Source: the human T2T-CHM13v2.0 reference genome, Homo sapiens
DNA: 64,000 nucleotides
NCBI RefSeq assembly: GCF_009914755.1
Contig: NC_060935.1
Reading direction: 5' to 3' (one strand)
The notes beneath the pieces are model-generated. The model ran no database searches. It saw only the letters and a program-made list of their open reading frames with translations, and had not been told where the DNA came from. This document shows, one piece after another, positions 55,092 through 64,000 of the stretch. Positions within the stretch are counted from its first letter, which is position 1. Each line of letters begins with the position of its first letter. Position numbers and translations under genes: made by a program.

Positions 55092-56094
55092 GTTGGAGGT
55101 GCTTATAACAGCTATAATTGTGATGTGGAGATGCTAACCCTGTACTCAGAAAGACTGCGACTCTTTAAGCACAGAAGAAGTAAAGCACATACTATGTAGG
55201 GAAAGAGAAGAATAGTTGGCTTATCTGCCAATGCCATAGCTGCATATTAAGACCTAAATTCCAAAACTGTAAGGCAGGCGTTATTTTTAGCGTTCTATTC
55301 CTTCATTTCCCCTACTATTCGATATCACAATTACAAAGATCAGTCCTTCCAAGTAGTTGATTGATTGTCATCATTGATCTTGTACACAGAAGGTGGGAAA
55401 AAAGCACACGTAAGTCTTGCTTGGCATTTCAGCAAATTTCCTCCATTAAGCGTTTTTATTGGCAGACCTAAAATATATGTTCTTGGTTTGGAAACGATTC
55501 CCTGATGGGCATGGATTGCTGCTTTTACCTCCCTGCTCACCCTTATAAATTTCTGAATTAGAACAATGGTAAAACAGAATTGAAGAAAAGAAGGTACAAC
55601 TTTTTAAATGCTGGAAGAAAAAAATAAAGCTTCACTAAGGTCAATGTAAACTGACTCTACACTTCTGTAACCCTCCCAGAAATATCAGTAAACATTTTTA
55701 TCCCAAATTTATTTTGTCTTCTTTTCCAAAGGCTCGGTGTTCATTTATCTACAGATACTCTTACTAGGGTATATTGGTTTTATAAGTTAAAACTGGGGCT
55801 AAGGATGGAAAATAGTAGTACTACCATGCTCAGCTAATGAGTTTTTTGCTCTGCCAGCTTATATGGCAGCCTTGTGAAATAGCTTTCATTTTATGCAAGC
55901 TTCTTTTGATAGCACCTTTCTCTGTTAAAAGGATTTTATTTAGGCTTAGATGCAAAACATGATGATTGATACTTTATTTTTACTACTGTGGATCCCAAAG
56001 GGGCCAGCAACATAAATTTCAAATATTTGCTTTTCTTATTCCTGCCAACCTTAGTTAAGCCTTGTATATGACCTGAAGACATTTTTTTTTTTCA

Positions 56095-56390
56095 ATTCAA
56101 TAGTTAATTCATTGAAAATTTTTATTGCTTTGTTAGGCACATGTGACACAAACATTTAAAAAGATGGGCACTGATTCTAAGGCACTTATAAATAGTAAGG
56201 AAGACAGTCAAATAAACAAATACAATATAGTGTGATGATTGAAAGAATAGGGCTATACTCAGGTTGTAGAACTAGCCAAGAAGACCAGTGATGAAATTGG
56301 ACTTCCATTGGTGGAGGTGACAAATATGTTCAGGGAAGTATTACCAAAAAAGTAACACTAAAAGGATTTTGAAAGGTTAAGAAGTCTTGG
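56095..56390 (-). mobile_element. L2 3' remnant
   Basis: ttcaatagttaattcattgaaaatttttattgctttgttaggcac...tacaatatagtgtgatg. Confidence 0.55.
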
Positions 56391-56783
56391 CTCTTTTAAG
56401 ATCAGATGCGACCACTACCACATCAAGGTTGCCTGCAAGTATTTTAGTTTCTATTTAAAAGAACAACTGTGCATTTGGGGTCATACTAAAAAAATCCTTG
56501 CCCAAACCAATGGCAAGAATATTTTTTTCCCTACATTTTCTTCTAGTGCTTTTACAATTTCAGGACTTCCATTTGTCTTTAGCAAATTTTGATTTGATTT
56601 TTGTATATAGTGTGAGACACAGTTCTGATTTCATTTTTCTGCTTGTGGATATCTAGTTTTCCCAACAAAAATTGAAGAGACTCTGTTTCTCAGTGTGTGT
56701 TCTTGGCAATTTATCAAATTTCAACTGACAGTAAATGCTTAGATTTATTTCCAGACTCTCTATTGTGATCCACTAGTCTACAT

Positions 56784-57130
56784 GAAGGGTCCTCCACCCC
56801 CAGTCACAGACCACTACTGGTCCATGGACTGTTAGGAACTGGGCAGCACAGCAGGAGGTGAGCAGCAGACAAGCAAGCATTACTGCCTGATCTCCACCTC
56901 CTGCCAGATGTGTGGCTGCATGCATTAGATTCTCACAGGAGCAGAGCCCTATTGTGAACTGAGCATGTGAGGGATCTAGGTTGTGCACTCCTTATGAGAA
57001 TCTAATGCCTGATGGTCTAGGGTGGAATAGTTTCATCCTGAAACCATCTCCACTGCCCTACGCCCTCTTCTTGCTGTCTGTGGAAAAATTGTCTTCGACG
57101 AAACCAGCCCTGTGTGGCTGGGGACTGCTG
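56784..57130 (+). mobile_element. MER1B (hAT-Charlie), full length
   Basis: ccatggactgttaggaactgggcagcacagcaggaggtgagc...ccttatgagaatctaatgcctgatg...ctggggactgctg; perfect 8-bp TSD gtctacat (56776-83, 57131-38). Confidence 0.95.
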
Positions 57131-57813
57131 GTCTACATGACTGTTTCTGTGTCGGTACCATGATGTTTTGTTAATTATAGTGTCATAGTAATCTTGAAAT
57201 CAAGTAGTGTGATGGCTTAGCTTTGTTCTTTTACTTAAGATTACTTTGGCTATTCAGGTTCTTTTGTGGTTCTATATAAATTTTAAGATTATTTTTCTAT
57301 AGCTGTGGAAAATAGCATTGGAATTTTGATAGGGATTGCATTGAATCTGTAGATAGTTTTGGATAGTACAGACATTGCAACAATATTCATTCTTCAATCC
57401 ATAAATATGAGATATCCTTTCATTTATTTGTGCCTTTTTCAATTTCTTTCATCAATGTATTGTAGTTTCAGTGTACAGATATTTTGCCCCCTTAGTTAAA
57501 TTTATTCCTGTGATTCTTTTGATGATGTGATTATAAAAAATATTGCCTTCTTTATTTCATTTTCTATAACTTGTTGTTAGTGTATAGAAGTACTACTGAT
57601 TTTTGTATGTTGATTTTGTATCCTGCAACTTTACTAATTTTTAATCAGTTATAACAGTTTTTGGTGGAGTCTTTGCAGTTTTCTAAAAATAAGATAAAGT
57701 AATCTGTAAACAGATACAATTTTACTTCTTTTCCAATTCGAATATATTTATTTCTTTTCCTTGCCTAGCCTGGCTGAGATTTCCCATACTATATTGAATA
57801 GAAGTCAGCATCC

Positions 57814-58125
<312 letters not shown>

Positions 58126-58736
58126 GGCCAGCATTCTTGTCTTGTTCCTGATCATAGATGAAAATAGTTTTTCATCATTGAGTGTGATATTAGATTTGGG
58201 CTGGTCATATATGGCTTTATTACGTTAAGGTGCATTTCTTCTCTATATCTAATTGTTTGAGAGTTGTTAATCATAAAAGAATGTTGAATTTTGTCAAATG
58301 CTTTTTATCTATTGATACTATCACATGATTTTTATTCTTCATTTTATGAATGTGGTGTATCACATTTATTGATTTGTGTTTGTTGAGTCATCCTTGCATC
58401 CCAGGTCTAAATCCCATCCAATCATAGTCAATTATCCTTTTAATGTGCTGCTGAATTGAGTTTGCTAGTTTTTTTGTTGAGGATTTTTGCATCTGAATTT
58501 TTCAGGGATATATTGCCCTATGCTTCTCTTGTATTCTTATCTGGCTTTGGTATGAGGGTAATGTTAGTCTTGTACAATGAGTTTGTAAGCATTCCCTCCT
58601 CTTTAATTTTAGGGAGAGTTTGAGAAATATTGGGATTAATTATTCATTAATTCAAATGTTGGGTTGAATTCAACTCGAAGCCATCAAATCCTGGGCTTAT
58701 CTTTGTTGGGAAGTTTAAGACTACTGATTCAATCTT

Positions 58737-59321
58737 TGTATTAGTCAGTCTCCAGCAGAACAATCCATAGAGAGAGAGAGAGAGAGTGAGAGAGACAGCG
58801 TGTTAAAAAGGGGATTTATAATAAGAATTAACTCATGGAATTCTGGAGTCCAGAAAGTTCTACAATATGCTCTGTGCAAGCTGGAGAACTAGAAAAGCCA
58901 ATGTATAATTAAATGAGAGTCCAAAGGCCTGAGAACCAGGGGACCCAATACTGTACCTTTTAGCCCAGTTCAAAAGGCCTGAGAACTTGAGTGGGGTGGA
59001 GTGCTCACTCTGGAGTCCCAGAGTCTGAAGGTCTGAGAACCTGGAACAATTATATTCGAGGACAGAAAAAGATGAATGTCCTAGCTCCAGAAGAAAGACT
59101 GAGTTTGCCCTTTCTCTACCTTTTTGTTCTATCCAGGTCCTCAATGGCCTGCATGATGCCCATTTACACTGGTAAAGGCAAATCTTCTTTACTCACTCTA
59201 CTGATTCAAATGGTAATCTCTTCTGGAAACTTCCTTACAGACATGCCTAGAGATAATATTTTACCAGCCATCTGAGTATCTCTTAGGCCAGTCAAGTTGA
59301 CACATTAAATTTACCATCACA
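58737..59321 (-). mobile_element. MLT2 (MLT2B-like; HERV-L) solo LTR with (GA)n
   Basis: tgtattagtcag...tgcaagctggagaactagaaaagcc...gtccaaaggcctgagaacc...ccagtcaagttgacacattaaatttaccatcaca; 5-bp TSD-like atctt / gtctc. Confidence 0.9.
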
Positions 59322-59384
59322 GTCTCCTTACTCATTATTGGTTTCTTCAGATTTTCCATTTCTTCATAATTCAGTCTTTCCAGA

Positions 59385-59612
59385 GGTGGAATTCACCTTG
59401 CTTATCATTAGCATGTGTATTCAGTCAACATTCAGGCATGATGGTGATGTCAGAAAACTACAGATTATCCACATGGGTGGCTGAGACAGTGATACTTTGG
59501 CTTACTGATGGTTCAGTGTATACAAACTTTGTTTCAAACTTTGCATTCCAAAATCTAAAATAAAAAATACTCTGGTCCCAAGCATTTTGGGAACAGGGAT
59601 TCTCAACCTATA
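59385..59612 (+). mobile_element. Tigger4/Zombi (MER46 group) fragment
   Basis: Terminal ctggtcccaagcattttgggaacagggattctcaacctata; internal tgatggttcagtgtatacaaactttgtttca. Confidence 0.7.
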
Positions 59613-59694
59613 TTCAGAGAGAGGGGGATTAAAAAAAAGAAAAAGGAATGGGGAAAAAAGATGTAAAAAACACAGTAAGAAACATTTCATCTCT

Positions 59695-59830
59695 CTGATT
59701 CTCAATCTTCTAACCTTTAATATGATAGTACCTACTTCAAAGGATCCTTGTAAAGATTAAGTTAGTTACTATATGAAAAACCCTTAGAACAATGCTTGGC
59801 ACATTATATAGTCTCAGTAAATATTATCTG
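59695..59830 (+). mobile_element. MIR 3' part
   Basis: atagtacctacttcaaaggatccttgtaaagattaag...cttagaacaatgcttggcaca. Confidence 0.75.
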
Positions 59831-60159
59831 GCATTGAAATATTTTAAAATCAAATCTTAGATATTCTTTTTAAATACTTTAAATTAAAAAGAGCACCTGA
59901 CACCTCAGTGGCCCAGTCTTAGGATTTCAGATAAATTTCCCCTGGAATACTTTCAGTTTGAGTCTAGTTGTTTTCAAAATCCAGTAAATGACTTTAATGA
60001 ATGTAAAATGCTATCTGAATCTGGACATTACTGTTTTAATTCCAATAGAATTTTCTCATGTGGGTTAAAAGGACAATCAGCTTATATTTCCTACTATATT
60101 TTCATCTAGCACAACTCTTAAAGCAAGTCTATTTTAGTTATATATTATTTTATCATGGT

Positions 60160-60500
60160 TCCTGGAAGGTAAGATTGGTGGCCACCACATTCAGTCTCCT
60201 TCACAGCTAAGTGTAGCCACATAACTATGCTTTGGCCACGGGGATATGAATGCTACTACTAATTTTTTCCCTTGAAACAATGGGATGTTGACTTTCTTGC
60301 TCCCTTCCTCCTTACTGCTTATTGGGAGATGGCAGAAACTGTCCCATCTACCATTCATGTATAAGTTAAAACCAAAAGTGAACTACAGCATAGCCACTTA
60401 GCCTAAAAATGTTGGCTCATCTGTGGATTGATATATGAGAGAAAAATAAACTCTGATTCTTGTGTCTGTTATAATAGCTAGCCTGTATGTGAATAAATAC
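60160..60500 (+). mobile_element. MLT1I/J-type MaLR LTR
   Basis: cagtctccttcacagctaagtgtagccacataactatgctttggcca...atgagagaaaaataaactc...ctgttataatagctagcct. Confidence 0.65.
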
Positions 60501-61416
60501 CTTCTTTTTAAATTTTTGAGGAATTAAATCTCCATATTATGTGTAAATCTACATTAAATTAATATACCTTGAGATGTTTTTCTCTCTATATTTCATGTCT
60601 TTTCATCACAAAAGATTTGAAGCTTTTAACATAAGATTTAATATCTATCTTACCTCTAAATAAGAAATGTTTCTTTGACAGTTTGGAAAGAGAATTTCAG
60701 TGATTATAGTCTTATACCTCAACTACTAATTCATTTTACTTGTAGAGCACCAAACTATAAGCATCCATTATAGCAATATTGTAACTACATCAGATTGATA
60801 TATCTCTAACAAGTTTTATGAATTCCAGGAATAATGTGTTTAAAGTTTAAGAAATTTGAATATGTTCCTTTCTATCTGAGAGCTAAGATAGAAGAGTGGT
60901 AGCTAAAAAAAAAAGCTACCACTCTTACCTCCTCTGTAAGGGGAAAAAAAAAAGATAATAAATTTTGTTTTCCCAGGAAGACAGAGTAAATGTTGCCAGA
61001 ATCTAACTAAATATACTGTGGAGCTCTTCCTTAAGAGACAGAAGAATTAGAAATACCACATGCAATAAGTGAAATTAAGTTTGAGCATTTATACTTATCA
61101 CACGAACAATATCTTTCTAAACATAATCTTTGAGAATATTCCCTCTTAAAGCATCAGAGATAAGGTGCAATTTATATTGATACTTTTCCATCTCATTAGA
61201 ATCTTTTGTGAGCAATCTATAGCCTGGAGCATCTGTTTCTGCTTCTAGTGGTGTGGTTAGAAAGCAGATTTAACTATTTTGGCTTTGGAGTTTGCTTTAA
61301 AGCTAATATAGGCAAAAGTCACGTGGTCTTTCAATTAATTAACCAACTGAAGTGTTAACCTCATCTCCTTCAGTGTGAAGGAAGTGAGATGTTCATCCCT
61401 CACGATTATAACTTAA

Positions 61417-61730
61417 GGGTGCAGTGGCTCACGCCTATGATCCCAGCACTTTGGGAGGCTGAGGCAGGTCGATTGTCTAAGGTCAGGAGTTCGAGAACAG
61501 CCTGACCAACATAGTGAAATCTCGTCTCTACTAAAAATTCAAAAACTTCCTGGGTGTGGCGGTGGGTGCCTGCAATCCTAGCTACTCAGGAGGCTAAGGC
61601 AAGAGAATTGCTTGAACTTGTGAGGCGAAGGTTGCAGTGAGCTAAGACTGTGCCATTGCACTCCAGCCTGGGCAACAGGAGTGAAACTCCATCTCAAAAA
61701 ATAAATTAATTAATTCAAAAATAAAAAATA
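61417..61730 (+). mobile_element. AluSq/Sp-like
   Basis: aggtcaggagttcgag, cctgaccaacat, ccattgcactccagcctgggcaacaggagtgaaactcc. Confidence 0.92.
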
Positions 61731-62096
61731 AGGCTTACATGGGACAAGATTACAGTTTGACTGAACAACTTAGTTCCCAGTCCCCAAAAGAGAGAGAAGT
61801 ATTTAAATGGGAAATACAGAAAGTACCAAATTTAAAATTATATTATTTGACAATTTATTCAATAATTTATATTTTCACCCAAAGGAGAATTTACCCACCT
61901 CTCTCTATATAAATTCAATGATAAAACATTCCGTGCATAGTACAGTTTAAAGTCCCAGCACTCCTAATTTTTCACAGTAATATGTCAGATTATTATCATC
62001 TGGACATGTTATTCGCTCTGTAATAATATAGGCTGCCTTTTAATTACTGGTGTAAATATTTTTGAATTTTTTCTATAAGCCAAGTTCAGTTGTCAT

Positions 62097-62492
62097 AGGC
62101 TATAGTTTGAATGTTCACGTTGCCTTCAAACTTCATGTTGAAACATAATCCCCAAGGAAACAGCATTCAAATGTGGGGTCTTTACAAGCTGATTAGGTCA
62201 GGAAGACTCCTCCCTTATGAATGGGATTATAAAAGAGGCTTCACATAGCATTTGGCTTTTTGCCCTGCTGTCCCTGCTGCCATGTGAGGACACAACATTC
62301 ATCCTCTCCTTAGGATGTAGTCTTCAAAGTGCCATCTTGTAAGCAGAGAGAACTATCCCTCACCAGACACCAAATCCACTGGTACCTTGATTTTGGACTT
62401 CCAGCCTTCAGAACTGTAAGAAAAAAAAAATCTGATCTTTGTAAATTACTCAGACTAAGTTATTTCATTATAGCAGCACAGAATTAGAAACC
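62097..62492 (+). mobile_element. MST (MSTC/D-like) MaLR solo LTR
   Basis: gctatagtttgaatgt...ttcatgttgaaacataatcccca...atgaatgggattataaaagaggcttcac...ccttgattttggacttccagccttcagaactgtaag...ttatagcagcac. Confidence 0.85.
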
Positions 62493-63458
62493 GTATGTAA
62501 TTGCTCCCTCTCTGCCTACAGGAATACATTAAAATTTTCTGTTTTGTGTATTTAAAGGTGATCCAATGACAGCCTTTATTGAGGAAGCGCTTTGTTTTTC
62601 AGAAAGTTGGAAGAGGCGAATTCATTTAAAATATCTTACCCATTTCTCTATGATGTACCTAGGACATTGCTGAACTTTTCTCTTGCTATCCTCTAGAGGA
62701 GATTTAAATTGCTAGCTAAAATGTCATTAGCAAACTACTGTGGTGATTGGGATGAATAACTGAATAAATGAACAGATAAATTGGTCAGTAGATTAACAGA
62801 CAATCCAGTGTGACTTAAAAAAATACCATCAAACATTCTTGGAATGTTAGGTAATTATTTAAAGAGGAAAATAAGTGATAAAATAAGAAACCATAAATGA
62901 AGTAAATGTTATAATTTGTGTTTTGTATATAGGTTCTTGACTTACTAACTATATTCACTGTTTTCCATTCATGTTATTACTAAAAACGATGTTTTAAGGT
63001 TTGAGTTTATTATTTATAGTTTTCTACATAAATAAAGGGCTTCATTAAAATTCTGATTTCATAATTAACCTCTACAAACACAGGCCCCATGGTATTATAA
63101 AACAATTGCCACTTTAGAATTTTTGAAAAGCATTATCCGGTAGAAAAAAGTAACTGCTTTATTTGAGTTAAATTAAGGCTCTTAAAATCAAATCTTAGCT
63201 ATGCCGTAGCCACACAGTTTCAGTAAGAGTGCAGCATGAGGTCACAGGAAGAATAGAATATACAAGTGATTATCCAAGAAATGAAGAGAGTCTGTAGTTG
63301 TCTGTCCTGGGGAAAGTCACCTTTACATTCATTTGCTTTTTGACTATAACCTATAGGAAGGCACAAACTATAAAAAATAAGTCTTGTTTATCGTAGGGAC
63401 TCAACAATATGTAACAATTGAAGAATGTGTGGGTCTGAGATCCTTTAAGGATTTATAA

Positions 63459-63783
<325 letters not shown>

Positions 63784-64000
63784 TGCTTTTTGTCATTATA
63801 GTTTTCACCCTAAACACTGCGAAAGGAAGGGCTAAAATATCCTGCATATGGGCATAAAATAAGATCTAAATGTCCCATATTTCTCCCTGTCTCACATTAT
63901 CAGGATCTCCTTTGGCTTCTGCTTGCACTAGTTTATCAGCTTGTGGCCCCACTAAACTATCTCAGCAGCTCACAGTTTTAAGCAGATGTGAGTCTCTGTC

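Noticed and set aside
60892-60926. Rho-independent terminator-like hairpin
   Set aside because: Eukaryotic DNA, and the A/U run is in the loop, not after the stem.

Overview
This is human, or at least hominine, genomic DNA: it carries a near-consensus AluYb8, a human-specific Alu subfamily. It is AT-rich and CpG-poor, as in a gene desert or very large intron. I find no protein-coding gene, structural RNA gene, CpG island or CRISPR-like array. All ORFs with recognisable content come from LINE-1 ORF2 or Alu; the rest look like chance ORFs. Much of the window is interspersed repeat: about 11 L1 pieces, 10 Alu/FLAM, several MaLR/ERVL LTRs, hAT and Tc-mariner DNA elements, and many MIR/L2 remnants. 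The most interesting sequence-level observations are: (i) a young AluYb8 with a 15-bp TSD and a 47-A tail; (ii) a twin-primed (5'-inverted) L1 that also carries a 34-bp micro-inversion; (iii) several perfect short inverted repeats that look like template-switch or fold-back products, including a 24-bp perfect hairpin whose loop matches a site 1.4 kb away and a triple-hairpin cassette between direct repeats; (iv) a multiply nested L1 (MER1B, AluY, MLT2 inside L1M); (v) an L1 with its RT core deleted; (vi) candidate CTCF sites, homeodomain-rich enhancer-like blocks and possible non-coding + strand exons. I cannot support a new biological system here. Subfamily calls come from recalled consensus sequences, and boundaries of old repeats are approximate.
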